From: an uncultured Planctomycetaceae bacterium
GTDB taxonomy: Bacteria > Planctomycetota > Planctomycetia > Isosphaerales > Isosphaeraceae
DNA: 64,000 nt
Reading direction: 5' to 3'
Assembly (NCBI GenBank): GCA_963833985.1
Contig: CAWIAD010000002.1
Span: 2,720,001 to 2,784,000 of the forward strand
Shown here in pieces: positions 21,255-31,706 of the stretch (position 1 is the stretch's first letter; each line of letters begins with the position of its first letter). The translations under genes and the position numbers were made by a program. The notes beneath the pieces were generated by a model that worked only from the letters and a program-made list of their open reading frames with translations, had not been told where the DNA came from and did not search any database.

Positions 21255-22340
21255 TCAGGTATCGCGGCCGTTTACCAGGCGGGCGGCGACGCGGACGGCT
21301 TCAATGAGGCTGGACGGGTCCGCGATCCCCTTCCAGGCGATGTCGAACGCCGTGCCATGCGCCACGCTGGTGCGGACGATGGGCAAGCCAAGCGTGACGT
21401 TGACCGCGCGGCGAAACCCGGCCGTCTTGAGCGCGATGTGCCCCTGGTCGTGGTACATGGCCACCACGGCGTCGAAGGCCCCCGCGAGGGCGTGGTGGTA
21501 GAGCGTGTCGTTGGGAAACGGGCCGTGCACGTCGAATCCCTGGGCGCAGGTCTCCTCGACGGCAGGCCGGATGATGCGGATCTCCTCGTCGCCGAAAAGC
21601 CCGTTCTCTCCGGCGTGCGGATTGAGCGACGACACTGCCACGCGTGGACGGCGCCCCCCTGTGAGCGGCCGCATGGCGCGGTCGGCCAGCCGGATCTTCG
21701 CCGCGACGGCGTCGGTCGAGAGCAGGGCAAAGACCTGCCGCAGGGCCACGTGCAGTGTCACGTGGACCACCCCGAGCCCGGGACGGCGCTCGCCAGAGCC
21801 GGGGTCGGGAAACCGATCCGGATTGGCCGCGAGGTAGAGCATCATGGCGTGATCGGCCACACCGCAGCGCTCGGCGAGGATCTCCGTGTGACCGGGATGC
21901 GGCACGCCGGCGAGCCGGAGCGATTCCTTGGTCAAGGGCAGCGTGGTGACGGCGTCGATGGTGCCCGCGCGCGCCATATCGATGGCGGCGATCAGGAACG
22001 CGTGGGCCGCGGCGCCCGCGCGGGCGTCTACCTGCCCGGGCGGCACCTCGCTGAGCGGGCCAAGGTCCCGGATCGCGTCCGGCTCGATGCAAGGGATGAG
22101 GTCGCCCGCCGGCTCGGCGTTCCCGGAATCAGGCACGCACTTCACCCGGGCCGGGCTGCCCACCAGGGCGAGCGCCCGCCGCAGCACCTCGGCATCGCCA
22201 ATGACCAGCGGCCGGCAGAGCGCGTGCAGTGCGGGGTCGTTCCAGCCCAGGGCGATGACCTCCGGCCCGATGCCGGCCACGTCCCCCATGGTCAGGGCAA
22301 TGCGCGGTAGGTTGCTGTCTCGAGTCGGAGAAAGAGCCAT
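21255..22340 (-). CDS. pdxA: 4-hydroxythreonine-4-phosphate dehydrogenase
   Basis: TMGDVAGIGPEV, PGHTE, LNPHAGE, AMYHDQGHI, NVTLGLPIVRTSVAHGTAFDIA. Confidence 0.95.
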   Translation of the reverse strand: MALSPTRDSNLPRIALTMGDVAGIGPEVIALGWNDPALHALCRPLVIGDAEVLRRALALVGSPARVKCVPDSGNAEPAGDLIPCIEPDAIRDLGPLSEVPPGQVDARAGAAAHAFLIAAIDMARAGTIDAVTTLPLTKESLRLAGVPHPGHTEILAERCGVADHAMMLYLAANPDRFPDPGSGERRPGLGVVHVTLHVALRQVFALLSTDAVAAKIRLADRAMRPLTGGRRPRVAVSSLNPHAGENGLFGDEEIRIIRPAVEETCAQGFDVHGPFPNDTLYHHALAGAFDAVVAMYHDQGHIALKTAGFRRAVNVTLGLPIVRTSVAHGTAFDIAWKGIADPSSLIEAVRVAARLVNGRDT

Positions 22341-22374
22341 GTAGGTTGCTGTCTCGAGTCGAAGAAGAAGCGAT
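22307..22374. repeat. 34-bp tandem duplication covering the pdxA start region
   Basis: gtaggttgctgtctcgagtcg is identical at 22307-22327 and 22341-22361, followed by gagaaagagccat and aagaagaagcgat respectively. Confidence 0.85.
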
Positions 22375-22432
22375 GCTGGTTCACGAAACACCTTGGTGGA
22401 TCATCGGCCGTCGCGGCACACATTCTTCGAGG

Positions 22433-22820
22433 GTAAGCATCTGAGAGCTCCTCTCCAGCGACGGCCAGGCGCTGATCGCCGGGGTCATCGGACGTCTGGA
22501 ACAACGGATCGCCGACCTCGAAGCGCGGCTCAATACCAGCTCCACCAGCTCCTCGGGACCTTCTTGCGTGTGCCGGGTGAGGGCCTGTCGAACAATGTGG
22601 CGGAGCGCGCCTTGAGGCATGCGGTGCTCTGGCGCAAGACCGGTGGCGGAACCGAGTGCGATTCGGCGAGCCTGTTCGGTGAGCGGATGCTGTTGGTGGT
22701 GGCGACCTGCCGCCAGCGGAACCGCAACGCGTTGGACTTCCTCATCGCCTGCCATGAGGCCCACCTGTCTGGCCATCCTGCTCCCTCATCGTTACCCAGA
22801 GAGGCCGCTGGAAGCGCTAC
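22433..22820 (+). mobile_element. Internally deleted IS66-family transposase relic
   Basis: N-terminal fragment RLEQRIADLEARLNTSSTSSS joined out of frame to the C-terminal fragment TFLRVPG..SNNVAERALRHAVLWRK..GGT....ERML.VVATCRQ; degenerate GTA.../...TAC ends. Confidence 0.8.
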
Positions 22821-22842
22821 TGCTGACCTCGGGCCGCGGTCG

Positions 22843-24654
22843 TTATTTCTTGCCAGGGAATTCGACCAGCGTCCGCCGCATGGCGTCGGGCGGCCTGGGT
22901 GCGAAAACCCGGCCGCCGAGACTGTTGATGATGTGGGTGATCTCGCTGCCGGACCGGCCGTCCAGCCAGACGGTCGTGAGGTCTCGAAACCTGACACCGG
23001 GGACGGCGGGAGCCTCGACGGCGCTCTGGAGCTTCACGGCCGCGTCGCGGAAATAGCAATACACCCCCACGCCCCAGGCATCGTGGCTGGTCACGCCGTC
23101 GGCGACCTTGTACGAGGCGAAGCCGTTACTTTTGCCGCTCATCCAGGACGCTTGATCCGGTACGTCATAAGGAATCTCCGACTGGTACATGTAGACGCGG
23201 CCGCCGTTGCCGTTCCAGAGCGTCTGGTACTCCTCGTGGTGCTCGTTGAACAGGCCGTAGATGGTCACGTCGTTGCCGTTGACGACCAGGCCGTTCTTCG
23301 TCGGGTTGGTCGTCCACGCGGCGCCGGTGCCGTGGTCCGCACGCCAGATCCAGATCTGGTCCGCCACAACATGGTTGCTGTTGATCTGGATGCCCACGTC
23401 GTTCCTGCCCGCCGCAGGTCCGCCGGTACGCACCGTCAGGTCGTAGAGGAAGGTGGGGTTGGCCGAATGATCGGCCTTGCTGTCCGCGGGTCCAACCTCC
23501 AGCAGCGTCGACGATCTGACCGCCCCCGCGTCGAGAATCAGCCCGGCGATCTTCACACCGTCCACGTCGGCCACCGAGAGAATCGGCAGGCCTTTTTTCG
23601 GAATCAGCGACGGCACGCCGAGACCGAGCAGAATGGTATCGGCCCTGGTGATCCGCAGGGTGTCGTCGAGCGCATAAACCCCGGGCGTGAACAGGATGTG
23701 CTGGCCTTTGGCCAGTGCGGCATTGATCCTTTCGGCCGTTGCCTCTTTGGGCCGGGCGATGTAGAAGCGGTCGATGGGAATCGATTCGCCGGGAGTTGGG
23801 CCGTCGAGCCAGCTAACGCCCCGGGCGTCGGTCTGGAGCGTCGGAACGAAGACGCGGTATGCGCCGGAGCCGTCGAGGAAGAGGTAAGGCTTTTCCCGAA
23901 TCACGGGCGTCTTGTCCACCACCGTGTAGGCCGGGTTCGGGAACGTGCCCTGGGGGGTGTTGATGCAGCCAACGAACACCATGTTCCACACGGCGTTGCT
24001 CCACTCGGACCATTTGCTGTTGCGCGAAAGCCATTGCTGCTGCGAGGCGGGGACGACCTTGCCGTCCACGACCGAGTCCGCCAGGAACCCACCGCTGGCG
24101 TAGCCCACGTTGCCTTTCGGGCCCCAGTCGAACAGTTGAAGCTCGCCCTTGACGTGCAGGCGGCGCAGGGGGGCAGCCTGGGAGACCGCAATGCGCGTGA
24201 CGCCTCTGGTGGTCTTGTAGGGCACGTTGGACGACGGCGTGACGGCGAAGTTCTCCAGCGTCCGCCAGAAGTTGTTCAGCGCGTTGCCGTTGGGATCCCA
24301 CTTGGCGTTCACAGTCAGAGCGCCGTCGATGTGTACGTCGTCGGGGTTTTGCCCCAGGCCGGCCACATGGGTGTAGAAGCCGACGTTGAAGTTGATCTTG
24401 TACTTGCCCGGCTTGAAGAGCAGTGCATAGCGTTCGGAGCCGAACTGGTTCTTCTCCATTTTCGAGAAGATGTCGTTCGCAGTTTTCTCGACTTCGGCGG
24501 CGGGCATCTCTGGGTCGAACACGAACACGTTCGGGCCGAAGAGGGTGGCATTGGCACTGGAGGGCGGTGCGCCGAAGGCGGCAACCGGGACCGCAGCGCA
24601 GAGGACAGCGAGGGCGGGCAAAGCCAGGGGGATGAAACGTGCTCGCGAGAACAT
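22843..24654 (-). CDS. Secreted glycoside hydrolase, bacterial GH55-type (exo-beta-1,3-glucanase-like)
   Basis: FGPNVFVFDP, NQFGSERYALLFKPG, NFWRTLEN, SQAAPLRR, SQQQWLSRNS, WIWRADHG, YQSEIPYD. Confidence 0.8.
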   Translation of the reverse strand: MFSRARFIPLALPALAVLCAAVPVAAFGAPPSSANATLFGPNVFVFDPEMPAAEVEKTANDIFSKMEKNQFGSERYALLFKPGKYKINFNVGFYTHVAGLGQNPDDVHIDGALTVNAKWDPNGNALNNFWRTLENFAVTPSSNVPYKTTRGVTRIAVSQAAPLRRLHVKGELQLFDWGPKGNVGYASGGFLADSVVDGKVVPASQQQWLSRNSKWSEWSNAVWNMVFVGCINTPQGTFPNPAYTVVDKTPVIREKPYLFLDGSGAYRVFVPTLQTDARGVSWLDGPTPGESIPIDRFYIARPKEATAERINAALAKGQHILFTPGVYALDDTLRITRADTILLGLGVPSLIPKKGLPILSVADVDGVKIAGLILDAGAVRSSTLLEVGPADSKADHSANPTFLYDLTVRTGGPAAGRNDVGIQINSNHVVADQIWIWRADHGTGAAWTTNPTKNGLVVNGNDVTIYGLFNEHHEEYQTLWNGNGGRVYMYQSEIPYDVPDQASWMSGKSNGFASYKVADGVTSHDAWGVGVYCYFRDAAVKLQSAVEAPAVPGVRFRDLTTVWLDGRSGSEITHIINSLGGRVFAPRPPDAMRRTLVEFPGKK

Positions 24655-25084
24655 TCTGTGCGCTCCATGAAGGCTGGACGCTGCTTCCCGGCATACCCGG
24701 TGGAGGATCTGGCTTCCGGAACAGCCCGAATCGGTGACCGTCAGTATAGGGGCTCTGCTGCTTCCGGGCTATCCCGGCTCGTGAACGATTGCCTTCGAGG
24801 AAGCCGCCCCGTCTGTCCAGCCAGCCCGTGGCCCCACCGATGGCGAAACGCGCTTCGTGCCTGGCGCCGCGTGTTGGCGGCGTCGGCCCGAACCGCTATG
24901 ATAACTACGTTCCGCTCACCGGTTTCCCCGTGTCTTTCCCGGGTGGTCGATCGCGCTGGACGATGATCGGGCGTGCGAGGTACGGGCCGTCCCGGGCACC
25001 GCGCACCGGGCCGTTCCAGGTGTCGCCTGGCTTTCGTCTGCTCCCCTCCGGGACCGCTTTTTTCTCTCTAGAGATGGCAGGGCC

Positions 25085-26877
25085 ATGCTCAATCAAGCGA
25101 TCAAGGATGCCGTCCTCACGCGAGTCTTGCCCGGAGTTCGAACCCCGGCGCAGTACATCGGCGGGGAGCTGAACAGCATTGCGAAGGACCATCGCAGCGC
25201 GCGCGGAACGGTTTGCCTGGCGTTTCCCGACACCTATGCACTGGGCATGAGCCACCACGGGCTCCAGGTGCTCTACAGCCTCATGAACGCGAGCGGCTGG
25301 GCCTGCGAGCGGGTCTTCACGCCCCTGCCGGATTTCGAGGCCGGTCTCCGCGAGCACGATCTGCCGCTGTACGGTCTGGAGACGTTCACGCCGCTCTGCC
25401 ATTTCGACGTGCTCGGCTTCTCGCTCCAGTACGAGGTCTGCTACACCAACGTGCTGACGATGCTGGACCTGGGCCGGATCACGCTGCACGCCGAGGACCG
25501 CGGGCCGGACGAGACGCTGGTGATCGCGGGCGGACCGGGCGGTCAGAACCCGGAGCTGCTCGCGCCGTATGTGGACCTCTTCGTGATGGGCGACGGCGAG
25601 CCCAGCCTGCCTGTCGTGTGCGGCCTCTGGTGCGAGATGAAAGGCTCGGGGCTTTCTCGGGACGAGAAGCTGCGCGCATCGCCGGCAGCGTGTCTTGGGC
25701 CTATGTGCCGCGGTTCTACGAGCCGATCTATGCGGAGGACGGCACGATCGTCGAGATCCGCCGGCTGCGCGACGACGTCCCTGAGGGAATTCGCCCGTGC
25801 GTGATCGCGGACCTGGAGGGAACGCCCTTGCCCACGCGGCCGGTGGTCCCTTTCGTCGAGACCGCGCACGACCGCATCGCCATCGAGATCATGCGCGGCT
25901 GCCCGTGGCAGTGCCGCTTCTGCCAGAGCACCGTCATCAAGCGGCCCCTGCGCTACCGCACGGTGGAGACCATCGTCCAGGCCGCGCTCGAGAGTTATTA
26001 CAGCACCGGCTACGATGAGATCAGCCTGCTGTCTCTCTCCACCAGCGACTATCCCCACTTCGAAGAGCTGGTCACGCGGATGAGCGAGGTGTTCACTCCG
26101 CTGGACGTGAAGATCTCGCTTCCCAGCCTGCGCATCACCGAGACCTTGAAGAAGATTCCGGCGCTGTTGCAGGAAGGACGCCGCAGCGGGCTGACCCTGG
26201 CCCCCGAGGTGGCGCGTGACGACATGCGCGAGCAGATCCGCAAGCCGATCAACAATGAAGACCTCTACGAGGGCTGCGCCGAGGCGTTTCGCAGGGGCTG
26301 GCGCAAGGTGAAGCTGTACTTCATGTGCGGCTTGCCCGGCGAGCGCACGGCCGATCTCGACGGCATCATCGACATGGCCGAGACCATCGCGCGGATTGGC
26401 AAGGAGGTCACCGGACGGTTTGCCGAGGTCACGGCCGCCGTCTCGAACTTCGTCCCCAAACCGCACACGCCCTACCAGTGGAACGGGATGAAGCCGCGCG
26501 ATTACTTCCAGTGGGCGCACCGCTACCTGCGCGCGCGGGTCCGGCTCCGCTCGGTGACGGTCAAGGTGCACGACATCGAGCGCAGCCTGCTCGAGGGTAT
26601 CTTGACCCGCGGCGACCGCCGCGTGGCCTTGGCGATCGAGGAGGCCTGGAGGCGCGGGGCCCGGCTCGACGGCTGGTCCGAGCATTTCGACGCGCAGCTC
26701 TGGTGGCAAACCTTCGAGGACCTGGGCATCGATGTGGCGTTCTACAGCCAGCGCGAGCGCCCCGTCGACGAGGTCCTGCCCTGGGATCATATCCACATCA
26801 AGTACGGCCGTGATTACCTGGCCAAGGAGCAAGGCCTCGCGGTGGTGCAGCTCGAGTCCATGGCAGGCGCGGGGTGA
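25085..26877 (+). CDS. TIGR03960-type B12-binding radical SAM protein (apparent frameshift near 25672)
   Basis: PAQYIGGELN, FPDTYALGMSHHG, FSLQYE, RGCPWQCRFCQ, VKLYFMCGLPGE, FVPKPHTP, LPWDHI. Confidence 0.9.
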
Positions 26878-26908
26878 GAGCGAGCAAGCGGGACGAGCAG
26901 GCCGTGCG

Positions 26909-27721
26909 TCAGCCCCTGGCGGCCACGGCCGCCTGCTCTGGGACGGCCTCGAAATACAGGACGGCGTAGCTCGCCCGGACCCGGCCGCCGGGCAAGGCGC
27001 ACACGGCGCTGTCGCGCTCGGCCAGCCGCCTCAGCTCTCCGCGCGTGAGCAAGGCGGAGGATGCAGCGAGCGGCCCTCCCGTGAACCCCAGTTCCTTGAT
27101 CTCCCGGAACAGGCCGCGGGTGCTGTCGTGCTCGGTATGCAGCGTTTCCTGACGGGAGCCGAGGACGCGGAACCCCGCCCGACGCAGGCCCTCCAGCGTC
27201 ATCGCCACGGGCGGCAGCCGGTCGCGCGGGGGCTTGTGCGGCGCGATCTCGGCGCGGAGGCGGTGCAGCTCCCCGAGCGTCCCTTCCACCATCAGGGAGC
27301 AGAGCAGCCGGCCCGACGGCTTGATCAGCGTGGCCAGGTGCACGAACAGCGAATCCAGCGGCTGCATCCACTGGAGCGACGAGCTGCTGGCGATCAGGTC
27401 GTAGACCGCCCCCGCGCGATGCGCGCGGGCGTCGTTGACGAGCCAGCGCACACGGACGCCGGCATTCAGCGTGCGCCGGGCTTGCTCGATCATCGCGGCC
27501 GAGAGGTCGATGGCGTCGATCTGGGCGTGCGGATGCCGCTCCAGCAGGCCGCCGGTGAGGAAGCCAGTGCCGCAGCCGAGCTCGAGAATGCGCCCGGCCG
27601 GAATCGGCGCGCTCGCGTACTCCAGGAGCGTGCGCGCCACGGCCCGCTGGAGGCCGGCCCGGCCGTGATAGACCGGCGCCGCACGGGAAAAGTGAAGCTC
27701 CGTGGATCGGTTGTCGCTCAT
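26909..27721 (-). CDS. bioC: Malonyl-ACP O-methyltransferase BioC-like
   Basis: FSRAA..Y...A.LQR.VA, ILELGCGTG, SSSSLQW, GTLGEL; last gene of the biotin cluster. Confidence 0.85.
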   Translation of the reverse strand: MSDNRSTELHFSRAAPVYHGRAGLQRAVARTLLEYASAPIPAGRILELGCGTGFLTGGLLERHPHAQIDAIDLSAAMIEQARRTLNAGVRVRWLVNDARAHRAGAVYDLIASSSSLQWMQPLDSLFVHLATLIKPSGRLLCSLMVEGTLGELHRLRAEIAPHKPPRDRLPPVAMTLEGLRRAGFRVLGSRQETLHTEHDSTRGLFREIKELGFTGGPLAASSALLTRGELRRLAERDSAVCALPGGRVRASYAVLYFEAVPEQAAVAARG

Positions 27722-28515
27722 GCCCGAAGACAGTCCGCGGTCAAGAATTGCCGGATGGCCGGAGCCACCAGCTCCGGCGCGGTGGCGGGCAGGCTGTGGC
27801 CGGCATCCGGTATCAGAAGCAGCTTGCTGCCGGAGATCTCCGCCTGAAGCAGACGGCTCGCCTTCCACGAGAGCACCCGGTCCTCGCGGCCGTGGAGGAT
27901 GAGCAGGGGCTGATGGACCTCCGCCAGCCGCGGCGCAGGTCGAAGGCCTGAATGTATTCCAGACCGTGGATCAGGCGAGCAGGATCGCAGGCCAGGGCGT
28001 GGCGAAGATCGGTCGCCAGGCGAGCTTCCGCTCCCCCCGGCGCATGCACGAGCGACAGGAAGCTCCGCAGCGTCTCCACAGGGTCGCGCCTCAGCCCGTC
28101 GATCAGCGCGCGCACCGGATCCGCCGGCGTCCGGCGGCGATCTCCGGCCGGCGGACAGAACTGCGCAGGAGGCAATCAGCACGAGCCCGGCCACCCGGTC
28201 TGGAAAGTGGAGGGCCGTTTCCAGGGCCGCCATGCCTCCCATGGACCAGCCGATGAGCAGGGACGGACGGCCATCCCGCGCGAGCTCGGACGCCAGGGCG
28301 GCCGCATTCGCGGAGGGCGCGCCCGGGCCGGCGAAGGCTGGCTTGCCGCAGGGCGCGCGAGGCAGCGCATCGACCGAGATTGTTCTCGCAATCGCCGCGT
28401 CTCCGCTGGCCGCGCGCGGGACGGATCCGCGGCAGAGGGCCTGCGCCAGCGGCTCCAGGGCCTGCGCGCTCTGGGCCCAGCCGGCAATCAGGATGACGCG
28501 CGCCGGGCCGTTCAC
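27718..28515 (-). CDS. bioH: Pimeloyl-ACP methyl ester esterase BioH-like (two apparent frameshifts, near 28165 and 27933)
   Basis: GWSMGG nucleophile elbow, LILHGREDRV, AGHSLP; lies between bioF and bioC. Confidence 0.75.
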   Translation of the reverse strand: MNGPARVILIAGWAQSAQALEPLAQALCRGSVPRAASGDAAIARTISVDALPRAPCGKPAFAGPGAPSANAAALASELARDGRPSLLIGWSMGGMAALETALHFPDRVAGLVLIASCAVLSAGRRSPPDAGGSGARADRRAEARPCGDAAELPVARACAGGSGSSPGDRSSPRPGLRSCSPDPRSGIHSGLRPAPRLAEVHQPLLILHGREDRVLSWKASRLLQAEISGSKLLLIPDAGHSLPATAPELVAPAIRQFLTADCLRA

Positions 28516-29696
28516 AGAACTCCCTCCTCGCGGGCGGCCTCGGCGATCAGGCCGGCGGCCCGATCGAGGTCACCCGCGCTGTGCGCCAGCGTCACCGAGA
28601 GCCGCAGCCGGGCGGTGCCCCGCGGCACGGTCGGCTCGCGGATGGCCATGGCGAGGATGCCCCTGGACCTCAGCCGCGCCGAGAGCCCCAGCGCGCGGGT
28701 ATTGTCGCCGATGAGGAGAGGAACGATCTGCGTGCCGGAGCTCATGACGTTCAGTCCGTGCTCGCGCAGCCGGCCGCGGAACCGGTCGGCGCGTGCCAGC
28801 AGGGACGGCCCCAGCCCGGGCTCGGCCTGGAGGATCTCCAGCGCCGCCAGGGCCGCGGCCGCGCTGGCGGGCGGCAAGGCGGTACTGTAGATGAACATGC
28901 GCGACCGGTTCACCAGCAAGTTCCGCAGGTCGTAGGACCCGGCCACGAACCCGCCGTAGCTTCCCAGCGCCTTGCTCAGCGTGGCCGTGCAGGCGTTCAC
29001 CCGCGAGCCGAGCCCGTACGCCGGCACCAGTCCGGCGCCCCCTGGCCCGAAAACCCCCAGCGCATGGGCCTCGTCCACGAGCAGCATGGCCTCGTGGCGG
29101 GCGGCTGCCTCGCACAGGGATTCCAGCGGTGCCATATCTCCGTCCATGCTGAAGACCGACTCGGTGGCCACCAGGAACCGCGCGCCCGGCGCTCGGCAGG
29201 CTGCGGCCCGGGCCATCATGCGAGCCAGCTCGTCCACGTCGTTATGCGCGAAGCGGTATAGCCGGGCGCGGCTGAGCACGATCCCATCGATGATGGTCGC
29301 ATGAACGAGCCGGTCCGCGAAGACGACGTCGTTGCGGCCCAGCAGCGAGCAGAGTACGCCCAGGTTCGCCAGGCAGCCGGAGCCGTACACGATCGCGGAC
29401 GGGCGGTCGAGGAAGGCGGCCAGCTTCTCCTCGATCTCGGCATGGCAGTCGAGTGTGCCCGTCACCAGCCGCGAGGCGCGGGCTCCGGCACCGTAGCGGT
29501 CCAGGGCCGCGGCGGCGCGGGCTCGCACACGGGGGTCGCCTGAGAGGTTCAAGTAGTCGTTGCAGGAGAAGTTAAGGTGCTCGCGGCCGCCCAGGGAAAA
29601 CTTGCCACCCGCCTGCGGCAGCACGTTCAGTTCGCGCCGCAGTCCGTCGGCGCGCAACTGGTCTAGTAGCGGCGCGATCCAGCTTTCATTATCCAT
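28512..29696 (-). CDS. bioF: 8-amino-7-oxononanoate synthase
   Basis: NFSCNDYLNL, ASRLVTG, ESVFSMDGD, VDEAHALG, TLSKALG, PTVPRGTARLR. Confidence 0.95.
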   Translation of the reverse strand: MDNESWIAPLLDQLRADGLRRELNVLPQAGGKFSLGGREHLNFSCNDYLNLSGDPRVRARAAAALDRYGAGARASRLVTGTLDCHAEIEEKLAAFLDRPSAIVYGSGCLANLGVLCSLLGRNDVVFADRLVHATIIDGIVLSRARLYRFAHNDVDELARMMARAAACRAPGARFLVATESVFSMDGDMAPLESLCEAAARHEAMLLVDEAHALGVFGPGGAGLVPAYGLGSRVNACTATLSKALGSYGGFVAGSYDLRNLLVNRSRMFIYSTALPPASAAAALAALEILQAEPGLGPSLLARADRFRGRLREHGLNVMSSGTQIVPLLIGDNTRALGLSARLRSRGILAMAIREPTVPRGTARLRLSVTLAHSAGDLDRAAGLIAEAAREEGVL

Positions 29697-30723
29697 CGAC
29701 GCTCTCGAGCACCGCTTCGAAGCCAAGGTCCTGGATCATCCGGTAATCCTCGTCCGGGGGCTGGCCCTTGGTGGTCAGGTAATCGCCCACGAAGACGGAA
29801 TTGGCCACGTAGAGCCCGAGCGGTTGCAGGCTTCCCAGCCGCAGCTCCCGCCCCGCGCCGATACGCAGCTCGCACTTCGGGTTCGCCAGCCGGAACAGGC
29901 ACAGGACGCGCAGGCAGTGACGCGGGCTCACCTCGGGCCGCTCGGCCAGTGGAGTGCCGGCAATGGGGATGAGGAAGTTCACGGGGACCGACTCGGCCTG
30001 CAAGGCACCGAGCTGCAAGGCAAGCTCGACGATGTCGGCGTCATTCTCGCCCATGCCGATGATTCCGCCGGAGCACATCTCCAGGCCCGCGGCGCGCACC
30101 GCCTGGAGTGTCTCCACGCGGTCGTCATAGGTGTGCGTGGTGCAGATGCTGGGGTAGAACCGGCGGCTGGTGTTCAGGTTGTGGTTCACCCGGTCGACGC
30201 CGCAGGCTTTCAACCGGTGAGCTTGCTCGGGCGTGAGCAGCCCCAGCGAGACGCAGACCTCCATGCCGGGATGGTCCGTCTTGATCCGGGGAACGACCGC
30301 GTCCAGGCACTTCAGCTCCGTTTCCGTGGGGCCGCGCCGCGCCGTGACGATGCAGTATGTGCCGGCCTGGCGCTCGGCCGCCCGCTGGGCCCCGGCCAGC
30401 ACCTCCTCCGGATCGAGCATCCCATAGCGGGCGATGTCCGAGCTGGCTGTGCCCGACTGCGAGCAGTAGGAACAATCCTCGGCACACCGGCCGCTCTTGG
30501 CATTGAGCAGGAAGTTCAGGTGCACCTTGTTGCCGTGCCAGTGCTGGCGCACGCGATAGGCCGCGGCCAGCAGATCGAGCAGCTCCTCGTCGGCCGAGCC
30601 CAGGATCGCCTGCCCCTCGTCTTCCGTGAGCTGGTGGCCGCCGAGCACCCGCGACGCCAGTTCCTGCCAGTAGCCAGGCGGGCGAGCCGCAACCCGCGAC
30701 CGTTCTTCAAGCACGCTTTGCAT
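29689..30723 (-). CDS. bioB: Biotin synthase
   Basis: KSGRCAEDCSYCSQS, NHNLNTS, CSGGIIGMGE, SVPVNFL, NSVFVGDYLTT. Confidence 0.96.
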   Translation of the reverse strand: MQSVLEERSRVAARPPGYWQELASRVLGGHQLTEDEGQAILGSADEELLDLLAAAYRVRQHWHGNKVHLNFLLNAKSGRCAEDCSYCSQSGTASSDIARYGMLDPEEVLAGAQRAAERQAGTYCIVTARRGPTETELKCLDAVVPRIKTDHPGMEVCVSLGLLTPEQAHRLKACGVDRVNHNLNTSRRFYPSICTTHTYDDRVETLQAVRAAGLEMCSGGIIGMGENDADIVELALQLGALQAESVPVNFLIPIAGTPLAERPEVSPRHCLRVLCLFRLANPKCELRIGAGRELRLGSLQPLGLYVANSVFVGDYLTTKGQPPDEDYRMIQDLGFEAVLESVDG

Positions 30724-30948
30724 GGATTCATCCTGCAATCTTCGGACGAGCACATCTTCGTGGCACGTATTCGCCGTACCACCACCGTGCAGCGATTGCC
30801 CCGGAACCCTCCGGAGCCAACCAGATATGGGTCCCATGGTACGAAGTTTCGGCCCTGGCGCGGAGAGAATCCCGCGACCGCATGAGGGCCTGGTCCGGCA
30901 GCATCATCGGCCGCCCGGCTTATCTCCGGTCAAGTCCCGGCCTGGCCC

Positions 30949-31527
30949 TCACACGGTGCCTTGGCTCTGCGGCAGCAGCTCGAGCAAGGGGATCTGGCCA
31001 ATAAACTGGCCGTCGATCACGAGGTCGACAACCTCGGTCTCGCGGAGTGTCCGCGTTGCCAGGTAGCGTCCGCCGCAGGGCTGCTCGTGGATCTCAACCT
31101 GCCGCCTCGGAAGGTTGACGATCCAGCAGGCGGGAACGCCACCTGCCGCGCACACGCCGGCCAGCTTCCGGTCTGTCGCGGCGCTCGTGCGCGTGACCTC
31201 GACCACCAGGGCGACATCGCCGGCACCCGGATTGCGGTCGGGATAATCCTCAGGCTGGCCGCGCACGACCGACGCATCCGGCTCAGGCTCGCTCCTGCTG
31301 CCGGGAACGCCGACTGGTTCTTCTTTGTTCGCGTGCCAGCCACCCGGCAGTCGTCGCTCGATAGCCTCCAGCGTCTTCCGGGTGGCGATCCGGTGGCCCG
31401 GTCCAATGACATCCTTCTCCACGATCCTGCCGCGGATCAGCTCGAAGCGGTTCGTTTCGGGCAGAATACCTTTCCGCACCATTTTTTCGTAAGTCTCGAC
31501 CGAGAGACCCTTGATGCCGGTGCTCAT
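30949..31527 (-). CDS. Uma2-family (PD-(D/E)xK-like) endonuclease
   Basis: FELIRGRIVEK, SEPEPD..VVRG, LVVEV..TS..TDRK, WIVNL; several usually conserved residues appear drifted. Confidence 0.85.
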   Translation of the reverse strand: MSTGIKGLSVETYEKMVRKGILPETNRFELIRGRIVEKDVIGPGHRIATRKTLEAIERRLPGGWHANKEEPVGVPGSRSEPEPDASVVRGQPEDYPDRNPGAGDVALVVEVTRTSAATDRKLAGVCAAGGVPACWIVNLPRRQVEIHEQPCGGRYLATRTLRETEVVDLVIDGQFIGQIPLLELLPQSQGTV

Positions 31528-31706
31528 CGCGCATGGCCCTCGTAACGATTCCATCATCCTACAGTGAGGTCGACCCGGAAAGTTTCGGCCGGAGGTTCGT
31601 GATCCGATACGAAACGCCCTCCCAGAACGACTGTGGCGGACACCAGAACCGGTGGCAGGTTCCAGGAGCTGGTTCCAATCTCCGCCCGCCAAGGCGAGCT
31701 GTGCCC

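Noticed and set aside
22393..24966. 857-aa plus-strand ORF
   Set aside because: It is the antisense shadow of the GH55 gene; only its first part carries the IS66 fragment.
30844..31590. 11-bp match aagtttcggcc on both sides of the Uma2 gene as a target-site duplication
   Set aside because: Too short to distinguish from chance without an empty-site comparison.
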